A stretch of DNA of 64,000 nt from a virus (lineage: Duplodnaviria > Heunggongvirae > Uroviricota > Caudoviricetes). Positions 1-8,375 of this stretch are shown piece after piece; position 1 is the first letter of the stretch, and each line of letters begins with the position of its first letter. Under the pieces are notes generated by a model. It saw only the letters and a list, made by a program, of their open reading frames with translations, made no database searches and had not been told where the DNA came from. The stretch is taken from IMG/VR virus record IMGVR_UViG_3300035394_000193; one strand, given 5' to 3'. Position numbers and translations under genes: made by a program.

Positions 1-594
1 ATCTCTCGATGTAATTTGTGGTTTATAGTCAGAACCAGGTTTCAATTTATCAAGGTTTGGATCAATAAGGATTTGTTGTTCCTTTACAGTAGTCTTGTTG
101 ATTTGTTCAACTAAAGGTTTCTGTACAATTGCCCGGTTTTTGTATTCTTCGGCTGTATTTGGTTCCCAGATATCCGTTTCAGTACGAACGGGAATACTTT
201 GAATCATTTGGATCAACTCTCCTTTTTCAAGGATTGACTTGAGGCAAAGCAATTCGTTTGAGGTAAATTCACCCCATGAAGTTCCACCAACTACCAGATC
301 TGCTGTGGCAACGCCCATACCATTGGTACGTTCTTTTGTCAAAACATTCTGAATGTAAGTTTCGGCTGACTTAATGAAGTAATCAAGTTTTTCAGGTACG
401 GTTGTGACTACTTTTACATAACCACGTTTGGTTGGGTCATCAATCATCACATCATTTTGTTGATATGTGTTTTTGAATCCCGTGAATGCTCCTTGAGATT
501 TATCAAAGAACTTTGCATAATCTTTCACAATTGCTACATACCTTGCAGCAGCGTCTTGTGTCAGTGCTAATACTAATTTAAGTTTTCTTGACAT
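1..594 (-). CDS. hypothetical protein, partial (C-terminal part lies beyond window start)
   Basis: Minus-strand frame open from ATG (revcomp of cat at 592-594) to window edge with no stops; sits immediately downstream of the PurA-like gene in the same operon; no recognisable motif. Confidence 0.5.
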   Translation of the reverse strand, partial: MSRKLKLVLALTQDAAARYVAIVKDYAKFFDKSQGAFTGFKNTYQQNDVMIDDPTKRGYVKVVTTVPEKLDYFIKSAETYIQNVLTKERTNGMGVATADLVVGGTSWGEFTSNELLCLKSILEKGELIQMIQSIPVRTETDIWEPNTAEEYKNRAIVQKPLVEQINKTTVKEQQILIDPNLDKLKPGSDYKPQITSRD

Positions 595-608
595 TTTGTT
601 TTTGTTTA

Positions 609-1691
609 TTAAAATGATTTAAGGTTTTCGGATTTATCGCTATGACTAAGTAATACTTCAGAAAATCCTAAAGTAGTATTAATCATATCAATAAAATCAT
701 ATTCGCTTAGGGCTTGTATTAATTGCCCATTAATAGTCAATTGCCAATCGTGTTCTACGTGATCAAGACAAGTAATGACTAATACATCACGATGTTTGTT
801 TAGGTATTCGTCTTTACTAACAGCATATTGTAACAAATCTAAATCCAGAATGGATATTCTAAACTCACCTTGCCATTTGTTATACACATTTGTTTCAAGA
901 GGATTAGGTTTGATATTATGAATAAACTGTTCATTAGTCATTGGACCATTACCATGACGAGTTTGGTATGCTCTAGTTACTGCATAGCATTTAGGAGTAT
1001 ATCCCATTTCTAAGATATTTGTTGTTCCTACATTCGAGCGAGTAACATGTGGGAAGAATCCATAATGTTGGTCAAGAAGTAACCCTTGTGAACCTTCAAA
1101 GATATGTGATGGAACTGATGGCAAAACAGTGTACATTTTAATTCGAGCATGTGTAGTGATAAAGTCTATTGCTTTACGAAACTCAATATTATTAGCTGTA
1201 CAAAGATAAAATTCTTCCATTAAACCATATTTGATATCAAATACAGTTTTATTGAATAAATCTTCAAATAACAATGAATGATACGCTTCTTCTCTGCGTT
1301 TAGTGGAGCCTACACCTGTGCCACATGTTCCATTTTTTGCATCCATACTTTGATTATACTGCTTATCCAATGGAGTAGTTACTGGACATTTTGCATGGAT
1401 ATGCAAAATAGGACGAATTCCTTTCTGTTCCAATACTTTCAATTCATTATAGATACCAACAGGATCAACTGTACAATATTGTGACCAATAAGTCGGGGCT
1501 CCATTTAAAGAACCTGATCCAAAATTGGAAAAAATATGTCGAAGTTCATCTTTTACAACGGTATGACCTGCTTGTTGACCTCCTGAATATCGGATTATTG
1601 CAGCATTTGGATTTTGAAGAGAAAGGTAGTTTGTTACTAATCCTTTCCCTTCATCTCCAAATTCTATGCCTATTACAGCTTTTGCATTCAT
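609..1691 (-). CDS. adenylosuccinate synthetase family protein, short form (PurA/PurZ-like)
   Basis: 360 aa ORF carrying PurA signature motifs: GDEGKG P-loop near the N-terminus, GGQQAGHT (GGxNAGHT), GTCGTGVGS (GTTxxGIGP-like), FEGSQG (FEGAQG). It is about 70 aa shorter than bacterial PurA, as in the archaeal/viral PurZ-like clade. Confidence 0.8.
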   Translation of the reverse strand: MNAKAVIGIEFGDEGKGLVTNYLSLQNPNAAIIRYSGGQQAGHTVVKDELRHIFSNFGSGSLNGAPTYWSQYCTVDPVGIYNELKVLEQKGIRPILHIHAKCPVTTPLDKQYNQSMDAKNGTCGTGVGSTKRREEAYHSLLFEDLFNKTVFDIKYGLMEEFYLCTANNIEFRKAIDFITTHARIKMYTVLPSVPSHIFEGSQGLLLDQHYGFFPHVTRSNVGTTNILEMGYTPKCYAVTRAYQTRHGNGPMTNEQFIHNIKPNPLETNVYNKWQGEFRISILDLDLLQYAVSKDEYLNKHRDVLVITCLDHVEHDWQLTINGQLIQALSEYDFIDMINTTLGFSEVLLSHSDKSENLKSF

Positions 1692-1811
1692 TTATTCAGC
1701 TGCAGTTTCTTCTACAACTTCTTCGACTTGAACCTCAGCAGTTTCTTCAACTGGAGTTTCAGTTTGGCCCAGTTCTTCAAGACTGGTTGATTGATATTGA
1801 ATATTTCCCAT
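1692..1811 (-). CDS. small acidic ORF (39 aa), stop codon abuts the PurA-like start
   Basis: ATG at 1811 (revcomp of cat 1809-1811); translates MGNIQYQSTSLEELGQTETPVEETAEVQVEEVVEETAAE with stop tta at 1692-1694; too short to support firmly. Confidence 0.3.
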   Translation of the reverse strand: MGNIQYQSTSLEELGQTETPVEETAEVQVEEVVEETAAE

Positions 1812-1838
1812 GGTTTTTATTAATTTATTGATTGTGAA

Positions 1839-2732
1839 TTACAACATTTGGAATGATGGAGGATTATCCTTGGATGGACCAAGTATTGGATTCTCCGGGG
1901 TTGAACCATATGGATGCGGCTCAGTAATAACTGTTGATTTTTCAACAGTTTTAGTATTTTCAAATACAATCCTGGCAATCGTTTTAGGAATATCAGTTAT
2001 ATTTGCAATTTTGATACAGTTTTCACCAAGTACTTCTGCCCAACCGTGATATACATCACTTGAATATCCAATAAATAAATGGTAGACATTATACGTTTCT
2101 TTTGCCTTGGCTATTAATTCAGCCGAAGTAAACGTTGATGCTTCGGAACTACCCATGATTTCTTTGATGGCTGAAGCTGGATAGGATTTGTGATTGTTTT
2201 CATCACCAATGGTAAAGAGAAATCCTTTTTGGCCACGTTTCTCAAAACTGTCAAGTACAGTATGATAAGCAGCAAAATAATGAGCCAAACCATATGATTC
2301 GCCTCCATTACCACCGCCGCCACCTTCAGGCCATACACTTGTTAACCAATGATCAAGTAATGCATCACTTGATTCAAATTGAGCAACTTGTAAAGGAGAA
2401 GCATCACATTTGTGATCACCTACTGCTAAGAATAATAATTGAGGGTCTGGAATTCCAGCCTCAATAATAGTACCCATAATAGTAGGAAGCCCCTCTTTAA
2501 TTAATTGATGGGGTATAACACCCATTGAACCGGTAACGTCAAGTGCAAGTACAATTGACACTGTGTTTGGATGATCTGCAGAATCTCTTGATTCACGAAT
2601 TTTCACATCTCTTGGATTCATATCAGGATGAATCTGACGTTGGGTAAAAACTTGTTCAAAAGATTTTGTAGCATAACCTAAGTCTATACTACGACTTGCA
2701 CGATCTACTGTTGAATATTGGCCGTATCCCAT
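1839..2732 (-). CDS. von Willebrand factor A (vWA) domain protein
   Basis: 297 aa; MIDAS-like motif ALDVTGSMG (DxTGS); stop/start overlap (ATGA) with the upstream gene 2732-3100, so it is operonic. Confidence 0.7.
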   Translation of the reverse strand: MGYGQYSTVDRASRSIDLGYATKSFEQVFTQRQIHPDMNPRDVKIRESRDSADHPNTVSIVLALDVTGSMGVIPHQLIKEGLPTIMGTIIEAGIPDPQLLFLAVGDHKCDASPLQVAQFESSDALLDHWLTSVWPEGGGGGNGGESYGLAHYFAAYHTVLDSFEKRGQKGFLFTIGDENNHKSYPASAIKEIMGSSEASTFTSAELIAKAKETYNVYHLFIGYSSDVYHGWAEVLGENCIKIANITDIPKTIARIVFENTKTVEKSTVITEPHPYGSTPENPILGPSKDNPPSFQML

Positions 2733-3100
2733 TAGACCAACTCAATTTCATAAGTATGTCCAAAAAGACTATTGTAACGTTTTTTACATTCATTTAATTG
2801 AATGGTAGTGTTACGAATTTCGTATGCGGCTTTCGCATCAGCTTCAATAAAAGCTTCAGGATCGAAATCAACCATTTTTAATGTGGTTACATTTTCCGGC
2901 GACATATCAAGGGATGCTTCAACATTACGATTTAATCGTTTTAATGTTTGAGCCATATCCTCAATTTTACGTTTGTAAGAAAGTTCAGCATCTTCTAAAA
3001 TAGAAAGAGCACGCCCTTCTTTAATTTGTTTAATGTTTCTGGATAGGGATGCCCATAGGGTTCCATTTTTACCAGCAACTTCTTCAGTAATTTCTGACAT
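2732..3100 (-). CDS. hypothetical protein (helical, coiled-coil-like)
   Basis: 122 aa ORF, charged and helix-favouring composition; first gene downstream of the small-RNA array on the minus strand. Confidence 0.5.
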   Translation of the reverse strand: MSEITEEVAGKNGTLWASLSRNIKQIKEGRALSILEDAELSYKRKIEDMAQTLKRLNRNVEASLDMSPENVTTLKMVDFDPEAFIEADAKAAYEIRNTTIQLNECKKRYNSLFGHTYEIELV

Positions 3101-3884
3101 TGTTTTGATTTTGTTGTTAATAAATAATAATGAATTAAAAATGGAAATTAAACATGTAATTTTGGCGAGCCGTTAACGGGCTCGAGTTTTAGAAGTAACA
3201 TGTTTATAGCCAAGTATATGGACATAGAAAGCAGACAGGTGTGCGGATTTGAACCGTTATCATCCGGTCGAAACCAGAAGAATTGAACCTAGAAGTAACC
3301 TATCTATAGCCATGAAAATGCAAAAGAAATTGGGAATTAAATTAGTAATTTTTACGATTACGAATGTAGAATTAGAAGTAACTAATTTGTAGCCAATTTG
3401 TGTTTTAAAAGAAAATGAAATTGTGTCAGTGGAGTTCAAATTAAGAGTTTGATGCCTTTCGGCGGAAGTAACTAGACACATAGCATTTTAAAAATGCACT
3501 ATCTTTCTAACTTAATTAGGTTGGGGTATGCCCAAAGATAATACACTGTATTGAAAAAATAAACAACTAATGGGAATCGGCACCCAAAATATCTAGACAC
3601 TAAAGTAACGAAATGCTCCAACCAAGTTAAGATTATTAATCTTACCATCGAATCTTCGCGCCGTCACACTATAACGGTTTATGTCTAATATGTCTGCTAG
3701 TACAGTTGTTTATTTTAAGATTGTTGGTTTTTACTTTAAAAACCTAAAGTCAGCCATAAAAAGATTAAGGTTCATGATTTGAAAACCCTGTAAATAACCA
3801 AATCATCTTTAAATAAAGTTCAGGCCGGAACTTTTTCAAGATTTACAGAGTTTATATTGTTGTAGTAATTATGTAAGTAAAATG

Positions 3885-3959
3885 AAGTGTAGGAGCGGGC
3901 TCGAACCGCTGACCTTTCTTACTTTCGTAAGACTGCTCTAACCTCCTGAGCTACCTATA
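3885..3959 (-). ncRNA. tRNA-like RNA with canonical acceptor, D- and T-arms but a GAAA-tetraloop hairpin in place of the anticodon arm
   Basis: Minus-strand sequence GTATAGG-TA-GCTCAGGAGGTTAGAGC-A-G-TCTTAC-GAAA-GTAAGA-AAGGTC-AGCGG-TTCGAGC-CCGCT-CCTACAC. The 7-bp acceptor has one mismatch, the D-loop AGGAGGTTA and the T-loop TTCGAGC are canonical, but the anticodon position is a 6-bp stem closed by a GAAA tetraloop (4- or 6-nt loop, no 7-nt anticodon loop). It lies directly 3' of motif copy 3965-3987. Confidence 0.5.
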
Positions 3960-4120
3960 CGGTCAAGAAGTAACTTACATATAGCCACTAAGTATTTGTT
4001 AAAAGAAAAGGAAATTTCGCACGTAAAGCTTAAACCCAAGATAAGTGCCCTAAGGGCGGAAGTAACGATACGAATAGCCTATTGTAAAATAAAGGAAATT
4101 GTACATCTAATTTTTACGAG

Positions 4121-4176
4121 ACAGCTACTCTAACCAACTGAGCTACAAGCTGGGACTCGAACCCAGGACCCGCTGT
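4121..4176 (-). ncRNA. tRNA elbow-like element: T-arm hairpin and D-arm-like hairpin enclosed by a 5-bp closing stem, with no acceptor or anticodon arm
   Basis: Minus strand ACAGC-GGGTC-CTGGG-TTCGAGT-CCCAG-C-TTGTAGCTCAGTTGGTTAGAGTAGCTGT-CTCG. A canonical T-arm (CTGGG/CCCAG, loop TTCGAGT) precedes a canonical D-arm sequence (TAGCTCAGTTGGTTAGAGTA), and the outer ACAGC/GCTGT can pair. The arm order is inverted relative to a tRNA, so it cannot be a normal tRNA gene. Confidence 0.35.
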
Positions 4177-4415
4177 TTTAGAAGTAAGATATACATAGCC
4201 TTATGTATTTTTATTCAGGTAGTGGACACATACTAATAATAGTAATATGTCGAGGATGAGCCCAACTATTTCTGTTAGCTAAACATTCTTTGATTGATTG
4301 AACAATGTTTGGATTCGGCAATGTTATTGAAACTTCATCATTTTGAAAATTTTGTGCCGTAAAAGTTTCTACAGCATAATCAGGAACTAGTAAAAAGCAA
4401 ACAAAGTAGTTCATT

Positions 4416-5354
4416 TTATTTAGGTTTAGGTATTGCAAAGGACACTCCAATAGAACCTAACAACAATACAAGAACAACTAGTAGAGATGCAATTGTAGGC
4501 ACCTCAATAAGCCAATTTGTATTGATATATTGAGCAGCAGGTAATAACATCTTTACTCCTATAAATAAGAGAACGATTGTAATACCATATTTTAGTGCCC
4601 ATAATTTATCAACGGCACTTGCAAGAACAAAATACAAAGCCCTTAATCCTAACACTGCAAAGATATTCGAGGTATATAGAACAAAGACATTAGTAGTAAC
4701 ACCAAATGCTGCTGGAATGCTATCCACGGCAAACATTATGTCAGTAGTTTCAATCATTAAGACGGTAATGAATAAAGCTGTTGCATATCGTACAATTTTA
4801 GCTCCATCATGTTTCTTAATAAAGAATTTTTTACCATGATATTCAGCAACTACAGGAAAGTGTTTACGAAAGAATAGAACAATTTTATTCTCATGTATGT
4901 CTGGATCTCCGCTATCTTTTGAAAACATTAATTTAAGTGCAGACCAAATTAAGATTAGTGCAAATACATATAGTATTGGATGAAACAAACTAATAAGTGT
5001 TGCTCCTCCAATTATGAATAATGCTCTAAAAATGATTGCACCAAGAATGCCCCAAAATAATGCTATGTGTTGATACTTGGCTGGTGTCGCAAAATATCCG
5101 AAGATCAGATAAATGACAAACAAATTATCTACACTTAATGACTTTTCAATCACATACGCAGTGAACCATAAATTACCAATATCATGCCCATATTCCCAAT
5201 AAACCCAGCCCCCAAACATGCAAGATATGGCTATCCATACTGCACTCCAACCAAGGGCTTCTTTAAACGAAAATGCGTGTTCTTTTTTGTTAACGACCAA
5301 AAGGTCAATTAGCAACAATACAATTACTATTGCTAAGAAAATAATCCACCTCAT
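4416..5354 (-). CDS. terC: TerC family integral membrane protein
   Basis: 312 aa, many predicted TM helices, N-terminus MRWIIFLAIVIVLLLIDLLVV and overall pattern typical of the TerC/Alx family; sits within the Ter-type gene neighbourhood. Confidence 0.75.
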   Translation of the reverse strand: MRWIIFLAIVIVLLLIDLLVVNKKEHAFSFKEALGWSAVWIAISCMFGGWVYWEYGHDIGNLWFTAYVIEKSLSVDNLFVIYLIFGYFATPAKYQHIALFWGILGAIIFRALFIIGGATLISLFHPILYVFALILIWSALKLMFSKDSGDPDIHENKIVLFFRKHFPVVAEYHGKKFFIKKHDGAKIVRYATALFITVLMIETTDIMFAVDSIPAAFGVTTNVFVLYTSNIFAVLGLRALYFVLASAVDKLWALKYGITIVLLFIGVKMLLPAAQYINTNWLIEVPTIASLLVVLVLLLGSIGVSFAIPKPK

Positions 5355-5426
5355 ACTTATCTATTGTTTTTAAAAGTTAAAATAAAAGGATGTATTGCTA
5401 CATCCTTTTACAAATTGATTGTGTAA

Positions 5427-6050
5427 TTAATCCGTTAAACTCGCGATTAGCACTTCAGCAATCGTCATGCCGGAACTTTCAATTTCATCGAAAGTTTTTG
5501 TATCGACAATGTCAAATTTCGCACCATATTTGCTTACGAGATCATCGTCAAGCATGGTTAAAAACCGGGTTGCATTGCGATCATTCCCTACCTGGAGGAA
5601 GCTGATTCCAATTTCATCATCGCGTTCAATTACGCGGGTGGCTTCCACAATTGCTTTTACAACTTCTTCTTGGCTGTCCGGCTCACCGTCAGTTACAACA
5701 ATCAGAATGATTGGCTTTACACCTTTACGGGTGCGATTGGCTGTATAGTTGGTCAATACTTTTTTCAGCATTAAAGCTGTATCAGTACCTCCCATTGGCT
5801 CACTTTCACGGAATATACGGGCAACTTGGCTTGTACCATCTGTTACATTCTCATGCATTACTACTGCACGATTGAATAGGACAACAGTAATACCATCGTC
5901 ATCAGATTCGGCACATTTATTGGCTACGGCAACGGTTGCTTCTTCTGCTTCCTGCCATCTGGTTTTACCATGTGATCCTGGATTTGCCATACTACCACTG
6001 CGGTCTATTGCAACGATAAAGTCATACTTTTTTAAATCTTCACTTGTCAT
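5427..6050 (-). CDS. vWA domain protein (TerY-like)
   Basis: 207 aa; MIDAS motif IVAIDRSGSM (DxSxS) and VVTDGEP (TDG) typical of vWA domains; GC-richer than the surrounding phage genes. Confidence 0.75.
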   Translation of the reverse strand: MTSEDLKKYDFIVAIDRSGSMANPGSHGKTRWQEAEEATVAVANKCAESDDDGITVVLFNRAVVMHENVTDGTSQVARIFRESEPMGGTDTALMLKKVLTNYTANRTRKGVKPIILIVVTDGEPDSQEEVVKAIVEATRVIERDDEIGISFLQVGNDRNATRFLTMLDDDLVSKYGAKFDIVDTKTFDEIESSGMTIAEVLIASLTD

Positions 6051-6068
6051 TTTGTTTTGTTTTAATGA

Positions 6069-6938
6069 TTATTTAAGGAGATAATCTTCTTTAATAAGAA
6101 GGTCTTTGATGAATTGTAAGTTCTTTTGGTAATCGGGAATTAAGTGATAACCATTACCTATTGCTAAATGATATAGATTGGCTAAAACTTTTCTTGCTTG
6201 ATACATTACGAACACAGTAAATGCAAGTTCGTCTTTATGATTTAGAATATACTTGACAACACGTGTGTTTGGTAAAAAGTTTTCATTCTTGATAATTTTA
6301 TCTAAGAACAAAAGATTCTTAACAAAAGCATAGTTTAAGTAATTCTCAACTTTTGGGTCAATGGTAGGATCAGATAATTCAGCAAAGTAAAGGAAAACGT
6401 GATCATTGGTGATGTTATTTTCTTTAAAAGTGCGCTCAATAATTCGTTCATGTGAACCGGTGATTTTGATATCATCCATCATGATTAAAAACTTTCTTTC
6501 TAAGAATGCTTTATCAATTTGGAATCCATCTTTGGAGATTAAGGCAAGGCGTTGTTCAGCGCTTAATTCTCCATAGTCTTCTTTATATGTATTGGTACGA
6601 TGAATTTTACTTAATTCTACGACTGGATAACCTATATCAACAAGATGTTGGTTAAGAAATTGTACGAAGTAATTACTCAACGACCAAGTAGCGGTTGGAA
6701 TGAAACAGTAGGGACTTGACATCACAACAAACTCACGATGATTCTGCTGCAAAATGTTTAAAAATACTTTACTATTAATGAACTTTCTGGCAAGTTCGTA
6801 GCCATATTTCCTGGCAATGTCTTTATCGCCAAACTTAAACTTGGAGTATTCTACAGGTAGAAATCCATACTTTAGTTGATCAAATTCAGTACTGTCAGTT
6901 TTCTTAATGATTTTATGCAGAGCAAATGTATATCTCAT
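6069..6938 (-). CDS. phosphoribosyltransferase (PRTase)-like protein of a Ter-associated biosynthetic module
   Basis: 289 aa; PRPP-binding-type motif FLIMMDDIKITGS (four hydrophobics, DD, x(I/V)TTG-like); overlaps the HAD gene start by 4 nt, so operonic. Confidence 0.6.
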   Translation of the reverse strand: MRYTFALHKIIKKTDSTEFDQLKYGFLPVEYSKFKFGDKDIARKYGYELARKFINSKVFLNILQQNHREFVVMSSPYCFIPTATWSLSNYFVQFLNQHLVDIGYPVVELSKIHRTNTYKEDYGELSAEQRLALISKDGFQIDKAFLERKFLIMMDDIKITGSHERIIERTFKENNITNDHVFLYFAELSDPTIDPKVENYLNYAFVKNLLFLDKIIKNENFLPNTRVVKYILNHKDELAFTVFVMYQARKVLANLYHLAIGNGYHLIPDYQKNLQFIKDLLIKEDYLLK

Positions 6939-7627
6939 TTGTAAACCTCCTTCACATAAGCAACAACATCCATAATTGTTTTATCATTAGAGTTGATGAT
7001 CATAGATTGCATCCCAATTTGAGTAGGACCAAAACCATCAGCTATTGGATTATCTCCAACATGTAGTATCTCTTTAGTTACAAATCGAGAGCGAGTTGTA
7101 ATGTATCCAAAAAATGCGGGGTTTGGTTTTGCTAATTCAATTTCATCAGAGAAGTATTCATCTACAAACATGAAATAAACCTTTTGTTTACGAAGTACTT
7201 CTCGAATGGTTTCACCTAGAATAAAACCTGTATTGGAACCAATAGTTAATACTGGAACTATATCAGATAATATATCAAGAGCCCGAAAAGTATTATCATC
7301 GTATAGACTTGGAGGATTTTCCAAGAATAAAGTTTGAAATTCATCAGAGATACTACTAAGAGTAGAATAATCAATCGGAGTTAATTCTTCATAACCCATC
7401 TCTAATAATAGAAAGGCAATCATTTGAAGGCTGTCAAAATGTAGTCCTTGTATTTCAACCAGACGCGTACATTGAATGTCTATCTTTCTCATCATTTTTG
7501 CTATTTCATATTCAGTTAACTTTTTAGGGTTATACTTTTGAAATAGCATGGCCGCTTTTGCTTTTTTGAAATCAGGATTTGATTTCAGCAACGTAAGCCA
7601 CACGTCAAAGGAAAGGTGGTTAATCAT
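6935..7627 (-). CDS. HAD-superfamily phosphatase-like protein
   Basis: 230 aa; N-terminal LSFDVWLTL resembling HAD motif I (hhhDxDxT, imperfect) and C-terminal HVGDNPIAD matching motif IV (GDxxxD). Confidence 0.55.
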   Translation of the reverse strand: MINHLSFDVWLTLLKSNPDFKKAKAAMLFQKYNPKKLTEYEIAKMMRKIDIQCTRLVEIQGLHFDSLQMIAFLLLEMGYEELTPIDYSTLSSISDEFQTLFLENPPSLYDDNTFRALDILSDIVPVLTIGSNTGFILGETIREVLRKQKVYFMFVDEYFSDEIELAKPNPAFFGYITTRSRFVTKEILHVGDNPIADGFGPTQIGMQSMIINSNDKTIMDVVAYVKEVYK

Positions 7628-7693
7628 GTCTTTTTTAGGATTTAAAAAGGAGTGCCATTACAGCACCCCTTTTGATTTAATTGGTAAAGAGTC

Positions 7694-8269
7694 CTACAAG
7701 AGGGTTTTGATTGTTTCGGCAATCTGGTTAATGTCACCATTGGCACCATTACCCATTGCTTCAAATTTCCACTCGCCGTTGTGACGGTAGAGTTGACCCA
7801 TAATCATACCGGTTTTTCCGGAATAGTCTTCAGACAGATCAAATTTGGCAAGTTCAGCAGCATTCGCAGGATTGAATACCCTCACAAAGGCATTACGAAC
7901 CTGACCAAAATGCTGTCTCCTGGCTTCGGCTTCATAAATGTTTACAATAACAACAATGCGATGTACGCCTGCGGGGACGGCAGTTAAATCAACATTGATT
8001 ACTTCATCGTCGCCATCACCGGCACCGGTAAGATTATCACCCTGATGGGTAACACCAAATTCTTTCAAATGACGGAAGTAAATAACACCCTTATTGCCTT
8101 CGTAAATTGACTTGTCTTCCTTTAAAAGGATAACAGTACTGTCAAGGTCAACAGCGGGTCCATCGGTTTTTACATCCCATCCACAGCCAATGGCTACTTG
8201 GGTAAGTCCTGGGTTTTCTTTGGTAATGTTTACTCTTTCTCCTTTTTCAAGGTTCAATGGATTGTTCAT
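7694..8269 (-). CDS. terD: TerD domain protein (tellurite resistance / stress protein family)
   Basis: 191 aa; the GDNLTGAGDGDDEVINVDL calcium-binding DGDD-type segment and overall pattern are characteristic of TerD/TerE/TerZ. Confidence 0.85.
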   Translation of the reverse strand: MNNPLNLEKGERVNITKENPGLTQVAIGCGWDVKTDGPAVDLDSTVILLKEDKSIYEGNKGVIYFRHLKEFGVTHQGDNLTGAGDGDDEVINVDLTAVPAGVHRIVVIVNIYEAEARRQHFGQVRNAFVRVFNPANAAELAKFDLSEDYSGKTGMIMGQLYRHNGEWKFEAMGNGANGDINQIAETIKTLL

Positions 8270-8328
8270 TTTGTTCTGTTGTTAATGTTTACTTTTTCTC
8301 CTTTTTCAAGAGCCAATGGATTTTCCAT
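8266..8328 (-). CDS. 20-codon upstream ORF created by tandem duplication of the terD 5' end; its stop overlaps the terD ATG
   Basis: 8287-8328 is a near copy of 8228-8269 (GTTTACT(C/T)TTTCTCCTTTTTCAAG...CAATGGATT...CAT). It reads MENPLALEKGEKVNINNRTK, against the TerD start MNNPLNLEKGERVNI; the uORF TGA (8266-8268) overlaps the TerD ATG (8267-8269) as ATGA. Confidence 0.4.
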   Translation of the reverse strand: MENPLALEKGEKVNINNRTK

Positions 8329-8375
8329 TTGTTTTGTTTTTAATTGTTAATTGATTTTATTGGGTAAGCGTGATT

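Larger units (their letters stand above)
3190..4201 (-). repeat. array of 8 copies of a conserved 22-23 nt promoter-like motif (minus-strand reading GGCTAT-N8-GTTACTTCY), each followed by a short structured RNA unit
   Basis: Copies on the + strand as AGAAGTAAC-N8-ATAGCC at 3190-3212, 3290-3311, 3373-3395, 3463-3485, 3601-3620 (degenerate), 3965-3987, 4057-4079, 4180-4201; one more copy at 8865-8886. A second shared box AATTTCC(T)TTT sits 15-25 nt 5' of several copies. Units are 75-130 nt with small GC hairpins (GCCGAAAGGC, GCCCTTAGGGC, CGAGCCGTTAACGGGCTCG); no ORF of 60 aa or more in 3101-4210. Confidence 0.6.

Noticed and set aside
1278-2049. Plus-strand ORFs 1278-1484, 1481-1831, 1810-2049 and similar antisense ORFs (for example 5390-5605, 5467-6084, 9221-10715, 21646-22188, 26578-26958, 36053-36558)
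   Set aside because: They lie antisense within longer, motif-bearing genes on the other strand, have low-complexity or hydrophobic-junk composition and no start context; treated as spurious
3165-3183. Hairpin CGAGCC-GTTAAC-GGGCTCG as a terminator of the small-RNA array
   Set aside because: A T-run follows only on the plus strand, where nothing upstream is transcribed; on the minus strand it is followed by CCAAAATTAC, so terminator function and orientation are ambiguous; kept only as a structural element of the array
3190-4201. Possible CRISPR array
   Set aside because: Repeat copies are imperfect (22-23 nt, several mismatches), spacers vary from 60 to 360 nt, and no cas genes are nearby; the units look like promoter plus small-RNA modules instead
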